Below, piece after piece: positions 9,853 to 20,517 of a stretch of 64,000 nt of DNA (its first letter is position 1; every line of letters starts with the position of its first letter). The stretch is taken from IMG/VR virus record IMGVR_UViG_3300047322_001237, positions 186,001-250,000 of that record, one strand, 5' to 3'. The position numbers and the translations under genes were made by a program. The notes under the pieces were generated by a model, which was not told where the DNA came from, did no database searches, and was given only the letters and a program-made list of their open reading frames with translations.

Positions 9853-11151
9853 TTAGGCCGCTGCCTTAGCTTCTTCCGGCTTGGCTTCTTCCTTCTTCGC
9901 GCCGAAGGCCTTGATCGACTGCTCGACTTGCTGGTTGAGCGACTTGCCGACCTTGACCGCGTACGAAGCGAGCGCCACGTACGGCGTGTCGATCAGCTTG
10001 AGCGCTGCGCGCGCTGCCTTGATCGCTTCGCCCTGGCCTTCTTCCTTCTTCTGCGCTTCGTCCATCGCCTTCAGCAGCTCGTTCTTCGCCTTCTCGCCGC
10101 TGGCGATCGCGCCTTCGTTCGCCTTGATCGCCTGACCGATGTTGATCACGGCGTCGCAGACGGCGATCATGTGTTCCTTGTTCTGGTGAACCGGAACGTC
10201 TTCGCCCTTGAAGTCTGCCGAGGTCTTGTTGAACGGCATGATGCCGGCCTTCGACTTCTCGATGTCCTTCGCGATCACCACGACGAGTGCGTTGCCGCCG
10301 GGCAGTTCTTCCGAACGGCCGACCTTTGCTTCGCCTTCGACCGGGATGCCTTGCGATGCTGCGTCGTGCACGGCTTGCAGGCCGAACGCGTCGTGATCGA
10401 GTGCCTTCGCGAGTTCGCCGATGTTCGACAGATCCTTCGTGCTGCCTTCGATGCCCGACGTCCATGCGCCGTAATCGCTGAACACCTTCTTCGCGACTTC
10501 AGCCATGCGCGCAGCGCCTTCAGCGCCTTCCGGCACTTTGCCTGCGATGTGCAGTGCCTTCGCCATGCCGGCGTTCTTGAAGGTCTTCTCGCTGGCTTCG
10601 CCATCGACCTTGCCTGCCGCGGCCTTCAGTTCTTCGGCGCGCTTCATCATCGGCTCGGTGTTGTCCCAGAGCTTCTTCCAGAACGACTTGATCCACTCGA
10701 TCGCCTTCTTGACGGCGGCGACGATCGTGGCCCACACCTTCTGCAGCGTTTCTTTCACTTCTTCCAGCGCGATCTTGGTCGCGTCTTCACGGCGCGAGAT
10801 CGAACCGAACGATTCGAGGGCCGGCGTCACGCGCTTCGTGTTGATGCTGACGCGCTTGTACATGTGGTTCAACGACGTCCGCAGGATCGCAGCACCGCCT
10901 TGTTCCAGGCCGCCGTGCTCGAGCGCTGCCTTCAGGTCGTCGCGGATCGATTCGAGCGCTTCTGCGGTGTCGACGGCTTCGTCGGTCAGCGCATCGTGTT
11001 CGGCCAGGCCGGCTTCGTCTTCGGCGATGTCCGTCAGACCTTCTTCTTGCGAGTTCGCGAGGTCCGACACTTCGCTGGTTTCGGCTTCTTCGGGCAGCAG
11101 GTTTTCTTCTTCCATCGCTGCGACGAGACCAACGTGAGAAATGCGACGCAT
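9853..11151 (-). CDS. Internal head/ejection protein paralog
   Basis: AAMEEE, ALES, PALESF, IALEEVKETLQKVWATI motifs; AGGAG RBS. Confidence 0.75.
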   Translation of the reverse strand: MRRISHVGLVAAMEEENLLPEEAETSEVSDLANSQEEGLTDIAEDEAGLAEHDALTDEAVDTAEALESIRDDLKAALEHGGLEQGGAAILRTSLNHMYKRVSINTKRVTPALESFGSISRREDATKIALEEVKETLQKVWATIVAAVKKAIEWIKSFWKKLWDNTEPMMKRAEELKAAAGKVDGEASEKTFKNAGMAKALHIAGKVPEGAEGAARMAEVAKKVFSDYGAWTSGIEGSTKDLSNIGELAKALDHDAFGLQAVHDAASQGIPVEGEAKVGRSEELPGGNALVVVIAKDIEKSKAGIMPFNKTSADFKGEDVPVHQNKEHMIAVCDAVINIGQAIKANEGAIASGEKAKNELLKAMDEAQKKEEGQGEAIKAARAALKLIDTPYVALASYAVKVGKSLNQQVEQSIKAFGAKKEEAKPEEAKAAA

Positions 11152-11265
11152 GTTACTGCTCCTATTGCAATAGGTAATTGAGAGGATGACTAACCAGTAC
11201 CCGCGCGGTACTTGCTATCCCACCCGCGGTGAGACGGCTATACTATTGGCGGGAAAAAGGCCGGC

Positions 11266-11874
11266 TCAGAGGTTGCCGAACAGAAGGTGCAGCGTGCCCA
11301 GGAGGTCTTCTATGCCGCCCGGTTGCGAGAGCCATCGCTGGATCACGTTGGCCAGCGAATAGTCCAAGAGCGACGGGTACACGCCGTCCTTGTAGATCTG
11401 GAAGAACTCTTTCGCCGTCGGCGTGAATTCTTGCGGACGCTCGCCTGCATCGTTCATCTGCAGGAAGCTTGCCCACGTTTCCAGACTCATCTGCCGACGG
11501 CCCGTGGAAATGAAGCGCAGCATGTCGTCCAGGAAGCGCAGATGCACGTCCCCGACAGCTGGGCTTTGCATCTGCGCTTTGCACCAACTGTAGAAGTTCC
11601 GGTCACCGAAGGCGTCGAGCGCGGCGATCAGAACCCTCTCGCGGAAATCGAACGACATCGTGGACGCAGCACGCTTGATGTGCTGAGCGTACAGAGTCTC
11701 CACGACCGGATTCGCGTCAGCGGTGTTCTGCTGGGGCGTGACGATACCAACCGAGGTCGTTGTGCGAACGCGAATCTCGTACGGGCGGGGCTTGGCGACA
11801 AGCCGGGGAGGGAGGACTTTGCCCAGAAATCCCCGCGGGTACAGCCGAAGCCCAGCGGCGATGAGTTCAGGCAT
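11266..11874 (-). CDS. Conserved jumbo-phage hypothetical protein (gp91-like by position)
   Basis: 202 aa, overlaps upstream stop; GGAGG RBS. Confidence 0.65.
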   Translation of the reverse strand: MPELIAAGLRLYPRGFLGKVLPPRLVAKPRPYEIRVRTTTSVGIVTPQQNTADANPVVETLYAQHIKRAASTMSFDFRERVLIAALDAFGDRNFYSWCKAQMQSPAVGDVHLRFLDDMLRFISTGRRQMSLETWASFLQMNDAGERPQEFTPTAKEFFQIYKDGVYPSLLDYSLANVIQRWLSQPGGIEDLLGTLHLLFGNL

Positions 11875-12757
11875 ATTTCGCCTCCATCGACGCGATCTTC
11901 GCGTTCAGGCCCTGCACGCGGTTCTCCATGTACTGGATTTCGTTCTGCAGGGCAGCGTCGGGCTTGCGCTCGTTGAGCTTTTCCAAGTTCAGCTTGCGCA
12001 GCTGCACGAGGCGCAGTTCTTCCTTCGCCGCGTTGTAGCGTGCGACTTCGCCTTCCGCGCTCCACTTGCCCCACCAGTAGAACGGATTCATCTTCGCGTT
12101 GATGAAGCCGAACTTGAACGGGTCAAGGCGTTTCTCGCCGAGTGTCTCGCGCAATGCGTGCGGATCCGACGACTTGATCGTGATCTCGGGGATGCTCTCG
12201 ATGGCTTCCTCGACCGACTTCACGGCCTGCGACACGCTTTCGAAGGCGGTGCAGAATGCGATGAAGTTCTGGCTGATCCACTTCTCTTCCGCCGGCGTGA
12301 TGGCGTCCTTGGTCGACGTATCGCTGTCCGGGATGAGTGCCGTCTCGTGCACGAATGCGTAGTTCACCAGCTTGCGCGCGAACTTCGACACGAACGCGAC
12401 GGCTTCGATGAACTGCAGCACGTTCGCCTTCTTGTAGGTGAGGGCGATCGACGCAACTTCCTCGTTGTAGCTCTTGATGACGTAGCCTTCGGCGGCCGCA
12501 AGCGTACCCACGGATTCCTTCAGGCCGGCTTCGATCACGGCGATCATGTTGCCGCCCTTGACCAGTCGCGAGAACGAGCTGGCGAAGCCTTTCATTTCTT
12601 CCGACTTCCACTTCCACTTGCCGAGCAGCGGCACCGCCACTTCATAGGCGGGCAGGGTGGTTTCGCGGAGTTCGACGCGCGTGTTGCGCACGTCGTCGAG
12701 AATTTGATCCTTGCGCAGCGTCGGAAACAGACTGGCGAGGTACGCTTCGATTTTCAT
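11867..12757 (-). CDS. Head/inner-body protein (phiKZ gp90-like by position and size)
   Basis: Start moved to MKIEAYL; helical protein following the gp89-like gene. Confidence 0.6.
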   Translation of the reverse strand: MKIEAYLASLFPTLRKDQILDDVRNTRVELRETTLPAYEVAVPLLGKWKWKSEEMKGFASSFSRLVKGGNMIAVIEAGLKESVGTLAAAEGYVIKSYNEEVASIALTYKKANVLQFIEAVAFVSKFARKLVNYAFVHETALIPDSDTSTKDAITPAEEKWISQNFIAFCTAFESVSQAVKSVEEAIESIPEITIKSSDPHALRETLGEKRLDPFKFGFINAKMNPFYWWGKWSAEGEVARYNAAKEELRLVQLRKLNLEKLNERKPDAALQNEIQYMENRVQGLNAKIASMEAKYA

Positions 12758-12830
12758 GGTTTCTACGAACCCAGTGATAACCCACACGCTCAGCCGAAGC
12801 TAAGCGCGTGGGCGAATGGAAAGGAGTCTG

Positions 12831-14258
12831 TTACAGCGACGGGCTGTGGCCGACCTGGTAAGCGCGCAGGATGTCGCTCACGTCCGGACCCGACTTGCTT
12901 GCGCTCTTGAGATCACGGAAGCTGACATCGGTCGGTTCGGGCAGACCGCGGTGGTAGAAGCGCACGCGCGACCATTCCTTGTCGATCACGGCGACGATCA
13001 TCAGCGAGGTCTTCTCGAACACCTTCTGACGCGTGGCGAAGTGGTCGAACTCACCGCCCAGCGAGAGCTCCAGCTCCGAAATTGCGGTCGTCGACGTCAC
13101 GACCATGTTCGATGCGGCCGCGACCGACGGATTGCCGCTGTAGAGCGCAGCGAGCGTGTTCTTCTTCTCCTTTGCCAGGATGTTCATGTACAGCGCGTCG
13201 CCGTTGGCCATCAGGTTCTTGCGATGGGCGTCGATCAGGTCGCGGCAGAACACCAGATCCTTCCAGAACGCGAGACGGCCCGATTTCCAGCCGTGGTAGC
13301 GCTCCTTCGAGGACGTCTCTTCGTCGGCGAGGGATAAAATATGAACCAGCTTAGCCGTCGGGATCGTGTTTGCGATCAAGCGGATCGAGACCGGCACGGT
13401 GTACGTGGTGCCGTTGTGCGTGAGGTTGACCTCCAGCATCTTGCCCACGGACAGATTCGAGTTCTCCTTGATCTCGGAGACCGTATCGCGACCGAACGAA
13501 GCCGCTACGCGCGCACGCTCTGCTTCCTCGCGCTCGATGCGCGAAATGTCGTCGAGCTGACGCAGCGTGTGGTGGAATTCATCGCGGTATTCTCGCGTAT
13601 CGCCACGGCCAAATTCCTTGTTGACATCGTCACGGGCCTTGTCTTCGCGCTCCGTCTGAGCCTGTTCGCGGTCGCGCTTCCGATCGCTGTGCTTTTCATC
13701 CGATGCACGGCGTGCATCATCGTGCTTCGCGCCTTCCTGCTCGCGGTTCATGCGCCAAAGCTTGTGCGCACGCTCAGCGTTCTTCATCGCCTCGTCCGGA
13801 TCGATCTGACGACCCTGGGAACCGCCGGCCGATTCCATCGCCACTGAGTTCTCCCAGTGAACGGGCAGGCGGTCCTGGTAGGCCTCTTTGGCAAGCATGT
13901 GGTTCAGGTTCGTCCTCACGTCGCTGACGAGCTTGCCTTGTGCCTGGCCGAGATCGCGACTCGTCGCGAACTTGTCGAGGGTGTCCATCACCTTGACGTT
14001 TCCGATCGTCGAGTTCAGGGCCACGGCCTGCAGGTAGTAACCCGCAAAGATCGACTGCAACGACTGCATCACATCGTGCAGCTCGTCGACGAACAACACG
14101 TCCGTATCGACCAGGACCAACGGCTCCACGCGCGCGGCTTGCGAGAACGAGATGAGCGAGTCGTACTTGGGGTTGTTGAGCATCTGCGCGCGATCGACAA
14201 CCGCTTTGATTGCGCTGATCCCAACTTGAGTAGCGTTGATAGGCACGTCGGCACTCAT
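12831..14258 (-). CDS. Head/inner-body protein (phiKZ gp89-like)
   Basis: Start moved to MSADVP with AAGGA RBS; AKE/AME processing-type motifs and a central highly charged insert. Confidence 0.6.
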   Translation of the reverse strand: MSADVPINATQVGISAIKAVVDRAQMLNNPKYDSLISFSQAARVEPLVLVDTDVLFVDELHDVMQSLQSIFAGYYLQAVALNSTIGNVKVMDTLDKFATSRDLGQAQGKLVSDVRTNLNHMLAKEAYQDRLPVHWENSVAMESAGGSQGRQIDPDEAMKNAERAHKLWRMNREQEGAKHDDARRASDEKHSDRKRDREQAQTEREDKARDDVNKEFGRGDTREYRDEFHHTLRQLDDISRIEREEAERARVAASFGRDTVSEIKENSNLSVGKMLEVNLTHNGTTYTVPVSIRLIANTIPTAKLVHILSLADEETSSKERYHGWKSGRLAFWKDLVFCRDLIDAHRKNLMANGDALYMNILAKEKKNTLAALYSGNPSVAAASNMVVTSTTAISELELSLGGEFDHFATRQKVFEKTSLMIVAVIDKEWSRVRFYHRGLPEPTDVSFRDLKSASKSGPDVSDILRAYQVGHSPSL

Positions 14259-14292
14259 CGCATTTTCCTTTTTTCCAGAACAAGAGGTTAGT

Positions 14293-15621
14293 ATGGCTAA
14301 CGGTACGAACCCGGACGGCACATCCAATCCGAATGGCACGCCTGCAGCGCCTGATTTGACAGACGTATTTGCAAAGGCTGGAGTGAGTCCCGCCGATGCA
14401 GTGGATTCGGTGCTGTTGGGGACACCGCAGACGACCCGAGGAACCGCAGCCTTGGCGAGTGCCTATTACGGCATCAACCATCGTCAAACGCCCGCAGCCA
14501 TTCCGATCAATAAAGACGTCTTTGGTTTGACGTTCTTTACGCGGCCAAACCTGAACCTGACGTTAGGGAACCTGCGCGCGGCGCGCCTGTTTAACCCGCT
14601 AACGACCACGAATCAGTACAGCCTTCAAAGAATTATTCGTTGCTACCTCGACCCGCGCAGCAACCACGGTGAGAACGCCGGTCAGGCGCCCGTGACTTCG
14701 CCCATGGTCGATCCCCAGCAAGCCTTCATCCCGATTTTGACGAACACCTTGATGTCGATTTCGGGCTGGCCTGATGTGACCGTGCCTTACACAACGTCCC
14801 ATGAGGGCGTGTATAAGGAGGTGTTTGGACTCGTGGACGGAGTCACCGAGTTCTATGGGGCATACGATATAACGGCCAATTTCCGCAACATTCCGGGTGA
14901 TCCGGTGACTGCGCTCTTCCTCTATTGGGCGCATTACATGTCCAACGTGTATCAGGGAAACATGATGCCGTACCCGGACATGATCATCGAAAACGAGATC
15001 GACTATCAGACCCGGATCTATCGCCTCGTCCTGGACCCGACCAAGACCAAGGTTCAGAAGATCGCGGCCTGCGGCGCGGCCTTTCCATACGCTGCCCCGA
15101 TTGGTGGCACCTCCTTCAACTACGACAGCGAGAAACCCTACAACCAGTCGAACGACCAGATCAGCATTCCGTTTGAATGCTTCGGGGCGATCTATCAGGA
15201 TCCGATTCTCCTGTACACCTTCAATCAGACCGTCTGTGCGTTCAACGACACGATGGCGGATCAGTATCGGAGCTCGCACTACACCAAGGTGCCGATGGGT
15301 GCGCTGGGGATCTTCAACAACCAGGGCTACCCCCGCATCGATCCAGATACGTGGGAGCTGGAGTGGTGGGTCGATAACGACGTCTACAAGCGCTTCCTGC
15401 CTTGGATGACGACCAACAGCGTGCAGGTCAACAACACGACGTATCAGCAGGTGGTGCCGAACACCAGCACGCTCTCGACGGGCGCAACGCCAGCGAGCAG
15501 CAGTAACCAGTCCAGCGAAAGCAGCAGCACGCTCTACACCGCGCACAACGAACCGACTGTTGATCCGACGGTGACGGGTAAAGCGATTCGCGCGATGCCT
15601 AGCACGACCAACAATGCCTAA
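14293..15621 (+). CDS. Virion structural protein (phiKZ gp88-like by position)
   Basis: Start MANGTNPDG with GAGG RBS; divergent from gp89-like gene. Confidence 0.6.
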   Translation: MANGTNPDGTSNPNGTPAAPDLTDVFAKAGVSPADAVDSVLLGTPQTTRGTAALASAYYGINHRQTPAAIPINKDVFGLTFFTRPNLNLTLGNLRAARLFNPLTTTNQYSLQRIIRCYLDPRSNHGENAGQAPVTSPMVDPQQAFIPILTNTLMSISGWPDVTVPYTTSHEGVYKEVFGLVDGVTEFYGAYDITANFRNIPGDPVTALFLYWAHYMSNVYQGNMMPYPDMIIENEIDYQTRIYRLVLDPTKTKVQKIAACGAAFPYAAPIGGTSFNYDSEKPYNQSNDQISIPFECFGAIYQDPILLYTFNQTVCAFNDTMADQYRSSHYTKVPMGALGIFNNQGYPRIDPDTWELEWWVDNDVYKRFLPWMTTNSVQVNNTTYQQVVPNTSTLSTGATPASSSNQSSESSSTLYTAHNEPTVDPTVTGKAIRAMPSTTNNA

Positions 15622-15630
15622 GGATTAAGC

Positions 15631-18603
15631 ATGACCACGACTTCCCTTTCGATTACGACTGTTCCCTCGGGTAGTCCGACGATCGCTGACTTGATCGACA
15701 ACATCCTGGACTATCAGTACAACCCGGCCGGCATTCAGCAGGTGCAGTACAACTACCTGAACGAAGTGACGGGCGGCAAGGTAACGATCGTCGATCCGAC
15801 CAACCCGTACGTGCATGCGCTCGAGACGAGTGCCGTGAACACGGCTGCGTTCCTGCAGCAGAACGCTGCACTGAATCGCAAGCGTTACGTGGTCGCAGCC
15901 CAGACGATGAGCGATCTGTATCTGCACATGTCGGACACCGACTACGTCAATCGATTCGCCACACCGGCGACATCTACCTGGTCGATGCTGATCGGGGAGA
16001 CCGAGCTTCTGAACAAGCTCGTGCTGGATCCCTCGACTGGTCTCAAGAAGATGGTGATTCCGCGCAACACCTTCTTTACCGTGGGCGATGTGCAGTTCAG
16101 TCTCCAGTATCCGATCGTCATCCAGCAGATGGCGCACGGCGGTCTGAGCATCACCTACGACACGACGACGACGTCGCCGCTGCAAACGCTGTCGTCGAAC
16201 CTGGTGCAGTGGTCATACCGTCCTGCCGCGGACCAGAACTGGGTTTATATGGAATTCCCGATTCAGCAGTTCGACATCATCACCCGCAACGGTACGTGTT
16301 CGCCAGCGCAGGCGTTTAATCTCACCGTTCCCGTGAGCGACCAGTTCTACTATTGCCGAGTGTATTCGCAGGATCCGACTACCTTGCGCTGGACCGAGAT
16401 GCAGGTGACGTACTCGACCGAGGTCTACGATCCCCTGACGCCGACGGCCGTCGTTACGCTGGATACGAACACCCAGACGGGCGGCACTGAAGCGACCGTG
16501 ATGATTCCGCAGGTCTATACGACGACGCGATTGCTCAACCAGAACATCCGGATCGATCTGTACGAGACGAAGGGTCCGCTCAACATGAACCTTGCCAACT
16601 ACGATAGCAGCGCGTTCGCTGCGACGTTCCTGGCAATCGATTCGAACGACTCGACGGTCTACACGGCGCCGGTGAACACCTTCCAGTCCCTGATCACGTA
16701 TTCGGACCAGGTCGTGCTGGGGGGCACCGACGCAGTGGACTTTGCGACGCTGCGCCAACAGGTGATTGACAACTCGGTTGGACCTCAGTCGCTGCCGATC
16801 ACGCCGGCGCAGATCACCGACGTGCTGAATCAGCAGGGCTTCGGCGTGGTGAAGAACATCGACAACATCACCGACCGGACGTTCCTCGCGACGGCGCCCA
16901 TGCCGCAGCCGACGGACTCGACGCTGATCACGGCAGCCAACAGCACGATCGAGACGATCACGACATCCGTGACGGAGGCAGTGACGAACAGCGCAGTGAT
17001 TGACAACGGGACGAGCATCACGATCACGCCCAAGATGCTGTATCAGAACAACAACGGCGTCGTGACCATGGTGACCGATGCGGTCCTGAATCAGCTCAAC
17101 GCGATGACGGTCAGCAACAAAGCGCTGGCGATCAGCGCCGGCAACTACCTGTGGAGTCCGTTCCACTATGTCGTCGACATGACGAACAGTGAATTGGCTT
17201 TCCGTCCGTACTATCTCGCAGCACCGAAGGTCGTCACCAAACTTTGGGTCGGCGAGAACGACAGCACGGGCCTGGAAGTGAGCACGAACACTTACAGCCT
17301 CGTCACGACGGACACCGGGTACAAGCTCACGCTGGCGACCACGTCAAGCGCAGCGTACCAGGCGCTCAACGACGCGGAAGTCTACTGCCAGCTTTCGTTC
17401 ATCCCGCCGGGTGAGACGGCACGTGCTTATCTGCAGGGCACGCTCGCGGGCAAGACGAGTGCCGGAGAACGGATCTTCGAATTTGACCTCTCGACGAATT
17501 TCAACATCAACTCGAGCGGTTACATGTTCCTGACGAGGTTCTTCATGTACAACGCAACGCCGCGTCTGACGGGGGCAGAACTCACGACGACGTTCGATGT
17601 GGTGTACTCGACGAGCGCGGACTTGCCGACGACGTGGGCGCAAGGCGCGGTGGACAAGGTGGTCGGTCACTTCCTCGTGCCGTCCAACGCCGCGGGCATC
17701 ACGAACGAGCAACTAGTGATCGAGCTGGGACAGTACTTGAACACGCTCTGGTCGCGCAGTCGCAGCGTGGTCTCGACGATCCAGTACGAGACGTACAAGA
17801 CGAACGTGCCGTACTACTACAAGGAGGACGTCTATCAGATCGATCCGACGACGGGTAGCGCGATCTCGATCGTCAACGGTGCGCCGAAGTTCACAATCCT
17901 GCATCACAAGGGTGATCCGGTGCTGAATCCCGATGGCTCGCCGAGCTACCAGCACAAGGCGGGCGACGTGATTCTGGACGGGGCGAACAACCCAATCCCG
18001 ACCAATCCGCGGGGCGTCAGTCAGCAGCTCGACATCATGATGATCGATGCGACTTACCGCTTCGCTACGGACAGCGTTGCAGCGACCTACGTGCAGCAGT
18101 TGGTCACGACGGTGGTGGGATGGCTCATGGGTTCGTTCGAGACGATGAACGAGCAGCTCCTTGAGAACACCTCGCTTTACTACTACCCGGTGGCGAATAT
18201 GGGTACGGTGCGCGTGTACGGTCCGGATGGCCTCATCTACAACGTGGATGCGGGACAGAAGTTCACGGTGACGTGTCTGGTGCCGAAGACGGTGTTCAAC
18301 AACGACGCGCTCAAGCAGCAGTTGCAGGCGACCACGATCTCCACGATCGCCGCACAGCTCAAGAACAGCGTCGTGTCCGATTCGTCGATCAACTCCGCGC
18401 TCACGGCCGCCTACGGCAGCGACGTGGTGAGCTTCATCCAGTCGGGCTTGGGCGGAAGCCTGAACCTCAACACCATGACGCTGCTCGACCAGTCGACGCA
18501 GCTCGGTATCGCCAAGCAGTTGGTGGCTAACGCCGACGGATCGCTGACAGTCCAGGAAGCAGTAACAGTCAGCTTCGTCGCGTACAACGTGGCGACCAGC
18601 TAA
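15631..18603 (+). CDS. Large virion structural protein, probably baseplate (phiKZ gp87-like)
   Basis: 990 aa, Thr/Val/Asn-rich beta-type composition, conserved position. Confidence 0.6.
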   Translation: MTTTSLSITTVPSGSPTIADLIDNILDYQYNPAGIQQVQYNYLNEVTGGKVTIVDPTNPYVHALETSAVNTAAFLQQNAALNRKRYVVAAQTMSDLYLHMSDTDYVNRFATPATSTWSMLIGETELLNKLVLDPSTGLKKMVIPRNTFFTVGDVQFSLQYPIVIQQMAHGGLSITYDTTTTSPLQTLSSNLVQWSYRPAADQNWVYMEFPIQQFDIITRNGTCSPAQAFNLTVPVSDQFYYCRVYSQDPTTLRWTEMQVTYSTEVYDPLTPTAVVTLDTNTQTGGTEATVMIPQVYTTTRLLNQNIRIDLYETKGPLNMNLANYDSSAFAATFLAIDSNDSTVYTAPVNTFQSLITYSDQVVLGGTDAVDFATLRQQVIDNSVGPQSLPITPAQITDVLNQQGFGVVKNIDNITDRTFLATAPMPQPTDSTLITAANSTIETITTSVTEAVTNSAVIDNGTSITITPKMLYQNNNGVVTMVTDAVLNQLNAMTVSNKALAISAGNYLWSPFHYVVDMTNSELAFRPYYLAAPKVVTKLWVGENDSTGLEVSTNTYSLVTTDTGYKLTLATTSSAAYQALNDAEVYCQLSFIPPGETARAYLQGTLAGKTSAGERIFEFDLSTNFNINSSGYMFLTRFFMYNATPRLTGAELTTTFDVVYSTSADLPTTWAQGAVDKVVGHFLVPSNAAGITNEQLVIELGQYLNTLWSRSRSVVSTIQYETYKTNVPYYYKEDVYQIDPTTGSAISIVNGAPKFTILHHKGDPVLNPDGSPSYQHKAGDVILDGANNPIPTNPRGVSQQLDIMMIDATYRFATDSVAATYVQQLVTTVVGWLMGSFETMNEQLLENTSLYYYPVANMGTVRVYGPDGLIYNVDAGQKFTVTCLVPKTVFNNDALKQQLQATTISTIAAQLKNSVVSDSSINSALTAAYGSDVVSFIQSGLGGSLNLNTMTLLDQSTQLGIAKQLVANADGSLTVQEAVTVSFVAYNVATS

Positions 18604-18616
18604 CAAACGGCATAGA

Positions 18617-18647
18617 CGCCAGGGAAGGCCACGAGCCCTCCCTGGCG
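18617..18647. terminator. Hairpin between convergent genes (probable bidirectional terminator)
   Basis: CGCCAGGGA...TCCCTGGCG flanked by GGCATA and TTATG. Confidence 0.65.
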
Positions 18648-18661
18648 CTTATGACGCACGG

Positions 18662-20071
18662 TCAGCGAAGCTCTTGCAGACGCTTGCGGTACGACTTCAG
18701 TTGCTCGACTGCAGTCTTCCAACCCGCCGGCGGCTTCTTGTCCTCGTCTTCGAGATGGGCGACAACCTTCCTCGCCACCTCTTCAGCGAACGCAACAGCC
18801 TGCACAGCAAGATAGGATAGGTGTCCAGTGTAGTACTGGACCTGAGCCATGATCGCCTGCAGATCCGCCAAGTCCTTGCCCAACACGAAAATCGCATGAC
18901 GCAAGTCGGAGCCGATCGTCGTGGAGTGCGCTCCCTCGGCACCATCCATGGAGAAGCGCTTCGCAGCGACTTCCATCTCGGTCAGATGCTCACGCATCGT
19001 AGCCATGGGGGTGACGACCGAACGCATCTCGAGCAGTAGCTTTGGAACCTCCGCCTGCTTGAACGCCTCTTCGATCACCCCGAAGAGCTTGTCGAAGTTG
19101 AGGTCCTCTTGCGCCCGCTTTCCCTCAGCCGAGGCTCGTAGATTGGTGATCTCCGAGGAGAGGGCGTTGAGCGACATCTTCCGGCCAGCGTGCTCGACTT
19201 CCATCGGCTGAAGCAGTGGTTTCAGCGCCGCGACGTTCTTCATCTTGTCGATGGCGAAGTTCGGCTGCTTCAAGTCCCGCTCAGCGATGTCCTGAAGCAA
19301 CGCGATACGCTGCTGCATCACGAGCTTGAGACTGGTGAAGAGCGGTGCAATCCGCATCATCTCCTGCGAATACTCGCCCTTGCTGACGATGTCATGGAAC
19401 ACCGGATCTCGCTGGCCCAAGAACATGAGGACCCGCTGATCCCGTGCCTCCTGCTTGAAGAACGTGTCGATCACCCGCTGCATCGTGAAGATGCCTTCCG
19501 TGCTATCCCCCGCGTACTCGCTGTCGGGCTTCATTCGATACGGACGGTTCTCGAACGCGTGCATGGCCGTGCGCAAATCCTTCGCCGCCTTTTCGAACTC
19601 CTCGGCTGCCTGCTCCGCACGCTTGGCCTTCTGCTCCAGCTCGGCTTCCGCGTTCTCAGCCGTGGGCTTGTCGTCGCCGGTGAACCACTTGAAGATCTTG
19701 TAAATGACCGCGATAACGGCAGCGATGCCAGCCGCGATCAGGATCCAGATCCCCTTGCCGATCGATTCCAGCGACACCTTCAGACGGGTCGAGGTGGGCT
19801 GGACCGAGTAGTACGCGACGGGTGCCTTGCCACCGAAGTCCGGCAGAATGCGCAGGCCTTCCATCGCGAGGGCCTGACTCATGCCACGCTGTTCCTCGAT
19901 CTCCCGACGCAAGATGAGCAAGTCTTCGACACGCTCTTCCATCGCGAAGAGTTCGACCACCTCTTCATCGAACTCCGGCGCCACGCCCGTGCCGATCGTT
20001 TCCACGATCTGTGGCACCAGCTCCAGATCGGTGTCGAAGTCCAAACCCGCGTTCAGACTTTGATTGAACAT
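18662..20071 (-). CDS. Processed head/ejection protein with transmembrane segment (gp86-like)
   Basis: Start MFNQSLNAG overlapping upstream TGA; AME/SLE motifs followed by IWILIAAGIAAVIAVIYKIFKW. Confidence 0.65.
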   Translation of the reverse strand: MFNQSLNAGLDFDTDLELVPQIVETIGTGVAPEFDEEVVELFAMEERVEDLLILRREIEEQRGMSQALAMEGLRILPDFGGKAPVAYYSVQPTSTRLKVSLESIGKGIWILIAAGIAAVIAVIYKIFKWFTGDDKPTAENAEAELEQKAKRAEQAAEEFEKAAKDLRTAMHAFENRPYRMKPDSEYAGDSTEGIFTMQRVIDTFFKQEARDQRVLMFLGQRDPVFHDIVSKGEYSQEMMRIAPLFTSLKLVMQQRIALLQDIAERDLKQPNFAIDKMKNVAALKPLLQPMEVEHAGRKMSLNALSSEITNLRASAEGKRAQEDLNFDKLFGVIEEAFKQAEVPKLLLEMRSVVTPMATMREHLTEMEVAAKRFSMDGAEGAHSTTIGSDLRHAIFVLGKDLADLQAIMAQVQYYTGHLSYLAVQAVAFAEEVARKVVAHLEDEDKKPPAGWKTAVEQLKSYRKRLQELR

Positions 20072-20517
20072 CAGATGACCCCGTTCATCAGGTCGCACGC
20101 GAGCTGCGCCAGCGCGAAGATTTCGATCTTGTGTTCGTTGTTGAACTTGTGGCTGTCGTCATCCACCCATTCAGCCACGCCGAGGATGTTGTCGTAGAAG
20201 CCGATGTTCAGGTCAATCACCACCTGCTCGCACGGATGCACCGCATGGTAGCGGAGAAACCAAAACTCACGTGCCTGCGCCAGCGCATGCTTTACATCGA
20301 ACACGACTTGCTCGTTGAAGGCGGCGATGAGCTCCATCACCTGCGGCAGCACCGTGAAGTTGTAGTGCGTGCTCGGCACATCGACCTGCGCCGACGGGAG
20401 CGACACGAGACGCGATGCGGCCAGTGCAACGGCGGTGCCGATGATGCGGCTGCGATCGTCGAAGGACGAGATGACGGTGTCTGCGCGATTGAAGAAGGGA
20501 AGGAATTGCGGTTTCAT
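20071..20517 (-). CDS. Conserved jumbo-phage hypothetical protein
   Basis: 148 aa, translationally coupled to downstream gene. Confidence 0.65.
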   Translation of the reverse strand: MKPQFLPFFNRADTVISSFDDRSRIIGTAVALAASRLVSLPSAQVDVPSTHYNFTVLPQVMELIAAFNEQVVFDVKHALAQAREFWFLRYHAVHPCEQVVIDLNIGFYDNILGVAEWVDDDSHKFNNEHKIEIFALAQLACDLMNGVI

